Source: Haliotis asinina (Eukaryota). Taken from it: a stretch of 64,000 nucleotides of DNA. The notes beneath the pieces are model-generated. The model made no database searches. It saw nothing but the letters and a program-made list of their open reading frames with translations, and had not been told where the DNA came from. The position numbers and the translations under genes are program-made. The stretch is taken from NCBI RefSeq assembly GCF_037392515.1, contig NC_090294.1:7457870-7521869 (forward strand), given 5' to 3'. This document shows, in pieces, positions 48,421 through 60,660 of the stretch. The first letter of the stretch is position 1; each line of letters begins with the position of its first letter.

Positions 48421-48807
48421 CTGGTGCTAGTGAAGGCGGCAATATTACTTATACGCATTTGATATTGTGAAAAAGTGACAAATATTATGAAAATTACAAT
48501 AGATGTCATAAAAGATAATAAAAATGGTCACAAAAATCTTAATCGCTTCTTCATGTCTGACTAATTGCATAACAGGTGGATTGGTTCATTTCGCTCATAG
48601 GTAACAGCCTTCCAAAATGTGTTCACTCAACTGTGTAATTAGAATTTGTGGAGTGTCTAACTAATGGGATGTCTCACTAATGGGAGGGCACCAAGAATAA
48701 CGTGTCAGTAGTGGTACAAGCCAAACCAAAACATTTCGGAAAACCTGGCAACTGAAACAGAATTGAATCAACATATCTTGTTTCAATGGGATTGTGATGT
48801 GTTGCAG

Positions 48808-48989
48808 CTGTCTGGCAGCTTGATGGCCGCCTCAATGTTGGAAATTCTAATAGGTTCCACTGGGTTAGTTGGAGTCCTTCTTCGCTACATCGGGCCAATC
48901 ACAGTGGCTCCTACCATTGCCCTCATTGGGATCTCTTTGTACAAGATTCCAATAGCCCAGTCCAGACCTTCGTGGGGAATTTCTTTCGG
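48808..48989 (+). CDS. SLC23-family exon (LQLSGSLMAASMLEILIGSTGLVGVLLRYIGPITVAPTIALIGISLYKIPIAQSRPSWGISF-G)
   Basis: Acceptor gtgttgcag|ctg (phase 0; the alternative acceptor at 48759-60 would add NQHILFQWDCDV but breaks phase). Donor tcgg|gtttgt. Aligns to SVCT [59 protein letters not shown]. Confidence 0.75.
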
Positions 48990-49538
48990 GTTTGTATGCA
49001 GATTGTATATGACTTAAAATTTCATGAAAAAGATTTTTATTACACGTTCTTATTACACATATCTGTATATGAAGGTACTCTCGTAGACAAATTTTGAATA
49101 CACCGCTTCAACAAAACGTAATGTTTTGGGGACATCGAAACACGTCCAGCTGAATTTCGCCGTAAGCTGAGTGTTTAAAGTCCTTTTCGAAGAATGCAAT
49201 ATAGTGATATCCATAGTTTAATTTTGTGGAGGATTCAGCAAACATTTCAATATTGTCTGTTAATTGACTCAAACAATTCATGCACTGTAAACTTCCGGTG
49301 ATGAGCTGTTTAGTCAGGGCTTGGATTCCATCAATCACAATGAATCTGATGTAACATTTTATATGTATGACTGGGTTGAAGGTTTGTGTAGTACCGACCG
49401 CCGTCGGAGTGCTTTGTGAGGCATTAATTAACAGTCACGTGGCAAGGCAGTTGCTGCTGTAACTTCAGTTTCATCGTTGCTGCATGAGTAAAGTACAGGT
49501 ACATTTCACCCATGGTTGCCCAATGTTTCTTGTTTCAG

Positions 49539-49653
49539 AGGAATAGCTCTGCTTCTCATCTTCATCCTGTACATTCCACATATAAAAATTCCACTTCCGA
49601 GGTGGGGAAAGAAGAAAGAACGAAGCTATCTCCCGATATTTGAACTCTTCCCG
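49539..49653 (+). CDS. SLC23-family exon (G-GIALLLIFILYIPHIKIPLPRWGKKKERSYLPIFELFP)
   Basis: Acceptor tgtttcag|ag, donor ccg|gtatga. Aligns to SVCT [45 protein letters not shown]. Confidence 0.85.
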
Positions 49654-49816
49654 GTATGATGATGGGGTTTATCTTGTGTATTAAAGCTAAGAGTCTATTG
49701 AAAACGCAGAGCAAATGTATCTTACAAATACCATAACCAAAGAACGCCATCATAATTATATATGTAGAAAAAATTCATTCATTTCATGACTGGATATAGG
49801 TTGTGACACCTTGCAG

Positions 49817-49973
49817 GTTTTGTTGAGCATACTTGTGATGTGGGCTATCTCCGCCGTCCTCACCGTCACAAACGTCTTCCCCGACGACCCTGATGACATC
49901 CGCTACAAGGCCAGGACCGACGTGAAGTTGTCGCTTGTAGAGCTCACACCATGGTTCTCTATTCCGTATCCAG
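49817..49973 (+). CDS. SLC23-family exon (VLLSILVMWAISAVLTVTNVFPDDPDDIRYKARTDVKLSLVELTPWFSIPYP-G)
   Basis: Acceptor ccttgcag|gtt, donor ccag|gtaaag. Aligns to SVCT [52 protein letters not shown]. Confidence 0.9.
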
Positions 49974-50331
49974 GTAAAGCCCTCCGTATCAATGTTTAGT
50001 AAGACATTGTCTGGATGTAGGTTGGCGGCACAGTCGGCGAGATAAGTCACGTGTTTGTTGACAGTCATAATGTTCACAGATTTCTGCGGAATTGATCTTC
50101 TTGTCACGTAAATTTTGCACTGTTATTGCCGGATAATGTTGAATGTGGATTTATTTCTCCTGAAAACACGACATCCTTTACCTTTCCCTGCTTTGCACAC
50201 ATACGTACGCACGTATGTACGTATGCACGTATGCAAACACACAGAGCGGCGCATGCACACCATTGCACATGCATCCAACGAAAGTTAAAAGTCCTCTTTG
50301 CCGTCTTCGAGCTTTTGACTGTGTCTTGCAG

Positions 50332-50585
50332 GTCAGTTTGGATTGCCATCATTCAGCGTAGCAGTTTTTGTTGGATTCCTGTCTGCCTTTTGCGCATCCA
50401 TGATCGAATCTGTAGGTGACTATTTTGCCACCGCGAAAGCATGTCAGATCGCCCCTCCGCCTGATCACGCCGTCAACAGAGGCATCTTAATGGAAGGTCT
50501 GTGTGGACTCCTTGGCGGAGCGATTGGTACAGGGCATGCCACGACGTCATACAGTGGAAATATCGCAGCGATATCTGTCTCTAAG
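50332..50585 (+). CDS. SLC23-family exon with the signature motif (…SAFCASMIESVGDYFATAKACQIAPPPDHAVNRGILMEGLCGLLGGAIGTGHATTSYSGNIAAISVSK)
   Basis: Acceptor tcttgcag|gtc, donor aag|gttaat. Near-identical in pattern to SVCT [68 protein letters not shown]. Confidence 0.9.
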
Positions 50586-51055
50586 GTTAATGTTCTGTCC
50601 ATAAGAGTTGGTAATTAGTAAACATCTAGTATAAGTCCGAAATATGTAGACATAAACACATGTACTTTGATATATATACGTTGTTTATATAGTTGCAGTT
50701 TATTAAGTAACCATCGGAAAATTGAATGGAAATTATGATATAGAGCTGAGGTGATTTCCCAGTTAGTAGATAAGTATTGAAAGATTATTCTTGGCAGAGT
50801 TAATTCACATTCAGATCTATGGGAATGTCTCTTATGCTGACTCACTTATGGTCAACTGTTGTATGTTGTTTGTGTAAAGTACGAACAATCCTGGTTCAAG
50901 TTACAGTAGCATATGTCCTCCAGGAGTGCTTGGTAAGTCTACTTTAATACCGCTTGCAATACGAAGTCTTTCCCAGATATTAATATAACTGTTGATGATA
51001 AGATGAAATGAATTGTCTAAGGCAGAGCATGACTTTTATCCTCCTTATTTTCCAG

Positions 51056-51329
51056 ACGGCTAGTCGATTCGTTATGCTGTGCAACGGTTTCATCCTTATA
51101 TTGATGTCAGTTTTCGGTAAATTTGGTGCTGCCATAGCAACTGTTCCGGACCCGACTCTTGCTGGCTCGATGGTCGTCCTCAGTGGAATGCTTGTGTCTA
51201 TTGGTTTGTCTACCCTCCGCCATGTCAACATGGACTCGTCCAGAAATATGACAATACTTGGGGTGTCATTATTCTGTGGAATATTCCTGCCTGAGTGGGT
51301 GGACAGACACAGTGACTTCATTAATACAG
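51056..51329 (+). CDS. SLC23-family exon (TASRFVMLCNGFILILMSVFGKFGAAIATVPDPTLAGSMVVLSGMLVSIGLSTLRHVNMDSSRNMTILGVSLFCGIFLPEWVDRHSDFINT-G)
   Basis: Acceptor ttttccag|acg, donor acag|gtatat. Aligns to SVCT [82 protein letters not shown]. Confidence 0.9.
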
Positions 51330-51746
51330 GTATATTTATATGTTCCCTGGTGATCAATAGCTCATGGATAGATGGACATAATACAGTAATGTCTATACAG
51401 CAATTCAAGTTTTTTCTATTTTTTCTAATATCAACACAGACACATTCAGATGAAAATATTGTGTTTTCTGGAAGAGGTCTGGTCAAGCAGCATTCAACAG
51501 TACGGTGTCTTCCTCTCATGTTTTGGCAAATATTTAACACCTTTTCTGAATTCGGGGGTATTGTGTAACATACTTCTGGGCAAATACTAACTGACACGTT
51601 TAGAGCAAAACGGAATATTCGTTAATATGCAGTATTATACCTAGCATAATGACAACGTAATTAGCCACCACTAATTACACGTATCCCATGTTACACGAAA
51701 CTGCACAAAGCGAGGAGTTTTGTCCAACTACTTTCCCTTTGGACAG

Positions 51747-51842
51747 GAGTTGCTGAAGTTGATGGCGTGCTGAAAGTGGCCTTTGGAACACCCATGTTTG
51801 TTGGTGGTCTCATATCCATAGTCCTCGACACCACAGTTCATG
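51747..51842 (+). CDS. SLC23-family exon (G-VAEVDGVLKVAFGTPMFVGGLISIVLDTTVH-G)
   Basis: Acceptor ggacag|gag, donor catg|gtatga. Aligns to SVCT [33 protein letters not shown]. Confidence 0.85.
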
Positions 51843-52642
51843 GTATGAATGTTGTTTTGTTTATTGCACATGCATCTAGTTATTACAAAACTGACTTGAT
51901 AGTCAGAGTGGGTAACCAGAACTTTGGTTATGTAGGAATAACCATTATTTTCTAATGTCGACTGAAATTCCTGAAGTGATTCATTTAAACCAAGCCGCAA
52001 TTCCACATTTTTGTAATTTAGTAATGTGCACATCGCAGTGGACTCAACATACTATCTCTATTTTGAAAGGCTTCAAAGTGTTATCTTCATTCGACCATTG
52101 ACCATACTGAAGGTTGACTAATACGCGACCTGTTACTATCTGAGTGAAATCAGATGTGTAGTAGTTTTCTGTTAGATGATTGGCTTAAAACCAATTCAAC
52201 CACTTCAAGTCTTGACTTTTAATTTTCTCCTCACTCATTGTTTTCAACTGTGAGTTTCAGACATGACCTTTATTCTTGGAAATAGTCTATAATAACTATA
52301 AGCACACAATTAGAATGCCAAAGGTGTCAGCAACGTTCGCTAAACACATGCCCGAGTGGGCTAACTGTAATGTCATTAAAGTAACACGATCTTTAAGAGT
52401 CATTGCATCACGACCAGATGTCATCACGACTCGAAGAAGTCATCAGGGTTTAACTGCCATTGAGCATGAATCGGTTTGAACAGGGTCAGATAGAGTGATT
52501 CGACTGACTGACTGAACTTCGAACCTCAGTGCTCATTTTGTTCAACCTGTGGTCGCCGTTCAGTCCTCGTGGCAGGCATCGGACAGTAATGACTACGACG
52601 TAAATCACACTAAACATTTCATCAAGGTTCTTCTACTTTCAG

Positions 52643-52902
52643 GAACACCGGAAGAAAGGGGTCTTATAAGTTGGCGGAAAATCAAAAGTGTGTCAGAAGA
52701 CAATCACGAGAAGGGAGATAAATCTAATAGTATATCCGTCCAGGATGCATATGAATGGTGTTTCCTGCCACGTATCTACCACAGGCTTCCATTCATTTCC
52801 AAATTGCCATTTATGCCTTCATTGTCAGAATATCCTCAATCGAACCACCAAGTTCCAGAAGTTGTGCCGCTAAGCAATTCCAGGGATGTAGTTATGGTTT
52901 GA
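52643..52902 (+). CDS. SLC23-family terminal coding exon (G-TPEERGLISWRKIKSVSEDNHEKGDKSNSISVQDAYEWCFLPRIYHRLPFISKLPFMPSLSEYPQSNHQVPEVVPLSNSRDVVMV*; stop TGA 52900-52902)
   Basis: Acceptor ctactttcag|ga. Aligns to the SVCT C-terminus [52 protein letters not shown]. Confidence 0.85.
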
Positions 52903-52924
52903 TCATCGCAAACATCAAATAAGG

Positions 52925-53095
52925 GATATAAGGACTGGTGTGGTTACGTCTAATGGTTAAAAGGTCCGCTCATCACGCTGAAGACCCGGGTTCGATTCCA
53001 CACATAATTACAATGTGTGAAGCTCATTTCTGGTGTCCCTTGACATGATATTGCTGGAATAATGCAAAAGCGTCGAAAAACAACATTCACCCACG
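52925..53095 (+). mobile_element. SINE family C copy (tRNA-related head plus conserved tail module)
   Basis: …ggttaaaaggtccgctcatcacgctgaagacccgggttcgattccacacata…atgtgtgaagctcatttctggtgtcccttgacatgatattgctggaataatgcaaaagcgtcgaaaaacaacattcaccc. Confidence 0.6.
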
Positions 53096-54420
53096 CTTCG
53101 AAGCTCTATGTCATGACTTCTCATATGTGTGCTTTCACATACTGGTATTATCCTTGCGGTTGTCTATTCAGACTGGACGATGTCAGAACCTTCCTGCTGT
53201 ATGTGTTGTTCTCAAATTTTGACTGTTCAGTTGTTCAATAAACAGGAATTACATACCATACGTTTCAGTTTGTAAGCTGTTTGGTGTTTCTCTCGGTGGA
53301 GCTACATCGTAAAGTGGTTCAGGGAACAAAAGGTTCTTTTCATACTGGTATTGTTGTCATGTCAACCATCATTAACATTTGATATGTAGTTAATCTTCCC
53401 TACTGCCCAGCTGCAAATCTTCAACTTTGGAAGAACTACAGAGTCTCCTGTTATACAGCTATTTACCTACTGATGTTAGATGCACAGAAGCAGTCAAAAA
53501 CATTATCAAAACATTCGATGACTTAGGCCGATGACTGGACAATAATGTCCAGTATTTAATATGTGTATAGCAGTGGTTGCCCCTTTTAAACACAGGGCAT
53601 CTCGCTACGTAATACACACAATGAGAGAACGGGAATCTTTCACCCTAAGTCACGTTTTCACCTTCCTGGTGTCACACTAAATTTATACTTTGAGTGAGGT
53701 CTAAGGCAGCAGAAGTGAGGTGAAAGCGCTTAATAATAGGGTGTAGTCCCGTTCTGACATTGTCTATACTATTTACCGGGACCCCAACATTGAGAATATG
53801 ATTGGTATTAATGGCACTGAGCACTCAGCAATCAATGCCATTGAAGCATTTTACGTGCGTTACACTACGTTCTAAACACACAAAATTTTCCTTCGCAGAA
53901 ATATCATGAAATGTAGCTTTTTCCAACAAGACCGTCTCTTAGATCTGATAAATAACATTATGTTAACTTTGTTCTGTAACTTAATCATGTATTTAAATTA
54001 TTGCATAATTGTTTGGGATGTGTAGATGCTACCATAACGCGTTTCTTTCACCCGTGCGTGTGCACGTCCATGCACGTCTACGCACATTGTATGTGCAGTT
54101 TGCTTGTGCGGTCTTGTATTTAGCTTTATATTGTCCAGTTATCCTTGAGGTGGACACACGACCAGGGGCTGAGATAACGCTACAAGGTTTTGGTGCATTA
54201 GTACCTATCCAGACCACCTTTGAAGCTGTGTATTTGCTTCAATTACTTAAACTGTAAATTTGAAAACAAGCATACACCGTTTAAATTTCAGTAACATGCG
54301 CAGATATATATGCATGAACAATTTGAATAACCAAAAACTACTTTTAATCTCGAATGAACTACAAAATGTAAGCATACACTCCACGATTCAATTTTTTTAG
54401 CCCTTTTCCCCTACTCACAT

Positions 54421-54610
54421 TTGTCGAGTGAGTGAGTGAGTGAGTGAGTGAGTGGATTAAGTTTTACGCCGCTTTTAGCAATATTCCAGCAATATCACGG
54501 CGGGGGACACCAGAAAATGGGCTTCACACATTGTACCCATGTGGGGAATCGAACCCGGGTCTTCGGCGTGACGAGCGAACGCCTTAACCACTACGCTACC
54601 CCACCGCCCC
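54421..54610 (-). mobile_element. SINE family C copy with a (GAGT)n / (CACT)n terminal microsatellite
   Basis: Minus-strand reading: gggggcggtggggtagcgtagtggttaaggcgttcgctcgtcacgccgaagacccgggttcgattccccacatgggtacaatgtgtgaagcccattttctggtgtcccccgccgtgatattgctggaatattgctaaaagcggcgtaaaac(ttaatccactcactcactcactcactcactcactcg). Confidence 0.65.
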
Positions 54611-56699
54611 CACATTTGTCGAAATAACTGACAACGGGTTGAAGGAAAGTGATTGATCTCGTGACGTAATTACATATAAACGTATAGGCTTGCAAGCCCA
54701 TGTCGGTAGACATTCAATGAAGTCATAGGAATCGTGATGTCATTTGTGAAGATATCACAATGTGAACCCAATGTAACAAATAGAAGAGCATTCTGTAGAT
54801 AGGTAGGAAGGTTTTGTAGTAGTCCTACAGTAAATACCGTGTCCTTCAGAACTGTTAAACAACCCGGGGAAAGGTGATAAAACAGGTACAGAAAACAAGG
54901 ACTTCTTTTGTATGACCGTCGGTTTTATAGAATAAAGTAGAATAGAGTAGAGCAAAACACGGGGGGATCTAAAATTATTGAGTGAGGATACCATGGGATA
55001 CACGGATTTACAAAATAGGACAACTATACATCTCCTTGACGTTTGATCTATGTGCTCAAAAACCGGCATTTCACCTCCAGAAAAGCATTTCATCTTCTGG
55101 CATTAGTTCTTATATGTACAGCTACTCACATGAAAAAGATCTAAACGTTTGAAACGAATATATATGTTTGTTGTACATGTGCTTATATGACAATCATTAC
55201 AGTGTCTTTCACACAGTTCACAATATTTAGGAACGTTTTGCTCGAGAATTTATTCGCGCTGTAAGACTTCTCACTATAAAGGATAAACATACATCAAACA
55301 ATATCACCTATGTACAGCAAAGGTGGGTTTAGCAGCATCTAGACATATCCTCACCTCCTAACTTAGTTTCACATAGACTTGAGTAGCCCATGGTGCAGTT
55401 TCAGTTTCATTAAGTTAATAACTATTTTACGCCATGAGGATTTACATGGAAACTTTCCAGTTTCCAGATAGTCACTAACATATTTAAAAAGATAGCATGG
55501 TTTGTGGAAGCGTGACACATATACAATGTGGCGCTGTTGTTCATTTTGAAATGTGGCCAACTCGACACAGAGTAAATCTATTGCATAGTCTACAAAGAAA
55601 TGTAGTCTACATTTATCTATGTAGCCAACCACAATCAAGGTTCCCAGCACAGAAGCAGATGAGAAACGTATGCCAAAGTCCTGGGTACATGTTTGCGTGC
55701 TTTCGACCAATTCATAGTCTTTACCATGCCGAATAGGTAAACGTTCACATCCACAGAAATTTGTGGCGAGTATCATCCACCTCCATATCTTTTACACAGT
55801 TCTTTGCTGTTACGCCGAGACTCTTTAGGGAATTTTCAGATTCTCGTTCTTTATGACAATATGCGTACAGTCTAGATTTGGAGGATAATCAGAAGAAATC
55901 AAGATACCTCTTTATTTGACACTACCATTTCCTGCAACGTCTGATTCGTCAAATGTGTAAGAATAATCATCTTGGCCTGTCTTAGATTTATGGAATATAA
56001 TGCAAGTACTCTTGAACCGTTACACGCATGCCACCACTTACAATCACCACTTACACACAGTGTCAAGTGACGACTGGAGATCTTTGGAAGTAGACGTGTG
56101 TGTAGTGTCATCATCCAATAAAATACAGGGGCTATCAACACCGTATACGTGAATACCAGAATAACTAGATTTGGTACAGGAGCTACCTTTTATACTCATT
56201 TCATATAATTTTGACCATATGCGGTGGAACGCCCTTACGGTATCAATAAAAGCAGTATATATCCCTGAATCTCTGTTTAAGTAATTAGGTACGCGTTCAT
56301 TTAAAGTAAACACTTAAGCCGTTGCTCAATGTTCTTTCTAAAGCCAAACAGGAAATGTTGCTATGTACTATTGCACCCAGGGTTCTAGCGTAGCGAGAAT
56401 TACTTTCTCAAACGTTCTCCAAAAACAAGATGTTAAAATTATTCCTCTATTCTGTATATATGGTGTTTATGACCATGTTTTGCCTTTTTGCCTTTACATG
56501 CTGGAATAACTAATAATAAAATTGAAAAGTGCAGTTATTACATCTATGATGCTGTCAGTGGCATAGATTTTAGATGTTCGTTGTGTGCATAACCAGAGCC
56601 TGGTGATCTTTTTTATTGAGATTAGTAATGTGACCCTTCACTTCATCTATTTCAGCACAATCACACAAAGCATCGTCTCAGGATATATATGTATGGCAT

Positions 56700-57900
56700 A
56701 AACGGACACAAGAAATGTGTAAACGTGTGTCCAGTGGTCAACATTCAGTTAGCACTGACTATCTTAACGGCATGTACTCGTCCTGTGGTAAACATTCAGT
56801 TAGTACTGACTATCATAACGGCATGTACTCGTCCTGTGGTAAACATTCAGTTAGTACTGACTATCTTAACGGCATGTACTCGTCCTGTGGTAAACATTCA
56901 GTTAGTACTGACTATCTTAACGGCATGTACTCGTCCTATGGTACACATTCAGTTAGTACTGACTATCTTAACGGCACGTACTCGTCCTGTGGTCAACATT
57001 CAGTTAGTACTATCTTAACGCCACGTACTCGTCCTGTGGTAAACATTCAGTTAGTACTGACTATCTTAACGGCATGTACTCGCCCTGTGGTAAACATTCA
57101 GTTAGTACTATCTTAACGCCACGTACTCGTCCTGTGGTAAACATTCAGTTAGTACTGACTATCTTAACGGCATGTACTCGTCCAGTGGTCAACATTCAGT
57201 TAGCACTGACTATCTTAACGGCATGTACTCGTCCAGTGGTCAACATTCAGTTAGTACTGACTATCTTAACGGCATGTACTCGTCCAGTGGTCAACATTCA
57301 GTTAGTACTATCTTAACGCCACGTACTCGTCCTGTGGTAAACATTCAGTTAGTACTGACAATCCTAACGGCATGTACTCGTCCTGTGGTCAACATTCAGT
57401 TAGCACTGACTATCTTAACGGCATGTACTCGTCCAGTGGTCAACATTCAGTTAGCACTGACTATCTTAACGGCATGTACTCGTCCAGTGGTCAACATTCA
57501 GTTAGCACTATCTTAACGGCATGTACTCGTCCTGTGGTCAACATTCAGTTAGTACTGACAATCCTAACGGCATGTACTCGTCCAGTGGTCAACATTCAGT
57601 TAGCACTGACTATCTTAACGGCATGTACTCGTCCAGTGGTCACCATTCAGTTAGCACTATCTTAACGGCATGTACTCGCCCTGTGGTAAACATTCAGTTA
57701 GTACTATCTTAACGGCATGTACTCGTCCAGTGGTAAACATTCATTTAGCTCTGAGTATCTTAACGGCATGTACCCGTCCTGTGGTAAACATTCAGTTAGC
57801 ACTGACTATCGTAACGGCATGTACTCGTCCTGTGGTAAACATTCAGTTAGTACTGACTATCTTAACGGCATGTACTCGTCCTGTCGTAAACATTCAGTTT
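56700..57900. repeat. 51-bp satellite, ~24 units including 42-bp short variants (unit cattcagttagtactgactatcttaacggcatgtactcgtcctgtggtaaa)
   Basis: Near-identical head-to-tail copies. The overlapping + ORFs in the six-frame track (56689-57918) are periodic artefacts of the 51 = 3x17 unit. Confidence 0.9.
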
Positions 57901-60600
57901 TGTAGGGTTAGTTCTTAGAGATTGAGTGAGTGTAGTTTTAGGCCACACTCATTAATAACCCAGCTGTATGGCTAAGTTAGCACTGACTATCGTAAAGGTA
58001 AGTTGGGGCAGCAGGATGTCGCTATCCTTGATCAACCCGCCACATGCACTGAGACTCATCACACTGGTCGTAAGCGTGTTTTAATCGCTAATCTTTGTTG
58101 GCAATCAAAATGGAATACACAAGCCACAAACAATGTACATGATACACCGCTGATCATATCTGATAACCAGATGTTCCACGTCAAAGTCAATCTACCATGT
58201 AACATATACGTTTGGACTGCACGGATACTTGATTGATAAGAGAAACTAATTTCGAACATCATTTCACACAAGTTTATAGCCACACGATTTTATCATTTTT
58301 GAAAGATATTGATCTTTATGACAAGAGTTAACTTTAGCCAGTTTGTTATTTTTTAGCATCACTGATAATTTATATTGTCTTTGATATTGGTTGATTTTCA
58401 GTTAGTAATTAATAGTTACTGCTTCTCGGTGCGAATAGCTGGAAATTCGATTCTTCAAAGGCATTTCGATGTTGGTGCAGTAATGTCAGACAAATCTGCA
58501 TAACAAGTTCTGGATGTATTTCACAACGTTTTATTCCACAGCATTTTCTTGACGAAGGGGCAAGAATTAGCCCAGAAACGCTGTGAAAAATAAATCAAGA
58601 AGTTGTTATCAATAAGGTTTCTCTTGTATTAGCCAGAACGTTGGTGACACAGCGTAAAGCAATATTCGTTTATTCATTTATATAAAGATCTGAAACACAT
58701 ATGACAATTTCAATCTTAAGATGTAATGACATCATAAATGATATCGAAAAGTACCTTTAAAGACAACGACGCACACGGGGATGTCTTGTTAATCGCATGG
58801 AGTGACATGTGTAGGTTAATTCACCATCATCAAGCGAAGGGTGACTACAACCAGATGATGAAAAGTGTGTGAGGAGAAGCAGTAGAAAACACTGGCCACA
58901 GGTAATAGACAACCGCACAAGTCGTGAAGCCTATATACAGAAAGGTCAAAATGAAAATACGGTGATTTGGATGCTCAATGGTGAGTTCACTGGCAGAATG
59001 AATAGCGTGAGTAACTCTGCTGATGATACGTGTGATTCTCTTGATCTCTGTTTGCCATGAGGCAAATAACGTCTGTAGATAGCATCTTCTTATCTTTTGC
59101 AACGATCGGCATCGTTGGTGATTAAATAATTCAGCAAACAACATTATGGATGGTAATTTTTATTGCACAACTATATGCTTCGTGCTTTACTCACCAAACA
59201 ACATAGAACACACAAATAATTTATTGTATCAATCAATGTATCTCATCCCGTGCAAATCTGCTGTACTGGAAAAAAAGTAACTAGATGATCACCTTTATTT
59301 TCAGGGCTAATTCCCTTAGGCCATATTTGATCAAATATTTCAAAAGGATTTCAAGACATGAACCAAGCAAATGTTTCAAAAGCGGATAGTGAATATTTTT
59401 AGTCACCGTTGTTCTACCATGAACTTGCACAAGGGCAATGGAGGTCCTGTAATCAGATTTCTTCTTCTCTTCTCCAGTTTTTTTCTGATATATTTGAAAC
59501 TCTGGGATATGATTTAACGAAGAGGGATGCCTGGCCAGAGTGTCACCAGGGTTTATTCGCAATGGCATCTTCATCAGTTAATAAATTATCATCGCCTTTG
59601 AGATGGCGAAAAATAGATTTTGAACCTGTGAATTCTTCGGCTATAGGATATATTTTTATGACGACCAGATTCTATAAATAAGTTAAGGTTGTTGCAACGG
59701 AATCTGGTACATTCTTATACTAAATATGATAAGGTTGGATGTCACCATGTAAGGTACTTTTCAACATCATGAAGAAATTTAAACAGTTTGTAGTTGCAAC
59801 ATTTTGAGTTATCTTGTGGGGGTAATGCCAGTCCTGAATTGGATTATCTCTCAGTTGTTGCTGAAATTCCGATATGAAAAGATCAATGTCTCCCACTTCG
59901 GGATGCTTCCACTCTTGTCCAAATCCCAGTTTACAGAGCATACTATTAATCTCAGAAACATAAGTATAACGACCTGTATTAGAGATGAAGGTTCCAGATG
60001 GATATGTCTGCACCAGAATTTCATAGTTTTTGCCATATAAATTATCCGTACTTCGTTTTACATTCTCTTCGAAAAAAGCCATATTATCCAAGAGCCATAT
60101 TATTCGGTGTAGTTTTGCTCAGTCCAGGAACATATCGCAGAATTAAATGTTTCTATGATGTTCTGTGTTGTCCCCACCCCCCATTTCTGCTCTATAGAAC
60201 AGTATAGGAACCCCTGTACTGTTGTACAACACAAGAAGATCACAATAGATGCCTTACCAAAATTATACTCCTATTCATAGACGGTAATGTTGCATTTCTT
60301 TTTTTTTCTCATTTGCTTGAGATGCAGAGCAATTCAATGCTATGGTCCACGAAAGTTTAGACGTGAATATAATTCCCAGATACCTGTTATGGTTTACAAC
60401 CCTTATTCCTCCCCCGTTAAAATATCACTTTTCAACGTTTAGGGCTCCTTATGAAGGTTCTCCAGATGAACATTTAGAATAAAGTTAAGGTAGATGCCTG
60501 CCATCTATTCTATTTTTTCCTTTCGCTTTTTTTGACGAACTGACTAAGGCTGGCTGTTTGGTAACTGTTTCATTGTACCTAAGGCTGATTCGCAGTCTTA

Positions 60601-60660
60601 GTGAGTGAGTTAATATTTAACGTCACATGGGCAATATCTCAGCCACATCGTGACGAAAAC
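60601..60660 (+). mobile_element. SINE-like family B head immediately 5' of the 60-bp satellite
   Basis: gtgagtgagttaatatttaacgtcacatgggcaatatctcagccacatcgtgacgaaaac matches the heads at 25177 and 46563. Confidence 0.6.

Noticed and set aside
54530-54605. Possible tRNA gene (minus strand, GGTTCGATTCC T-loop-like box)
   Set aside because: Acceptor and anticodon stems do not pair by eye. It is embedded in a SINE-C copy with the shared tail and (GAGT)n end. The same is true of 52940-53000 and 45340-45420.
56689-57918. Cluster of overlapping + strand ORFs with repetitive peptides (…RPVVNIQLVLTILTACT…)
   Set aside because: They are artefacts of the 51-bp (3x17) satellite and are open in several frames simultaneously.
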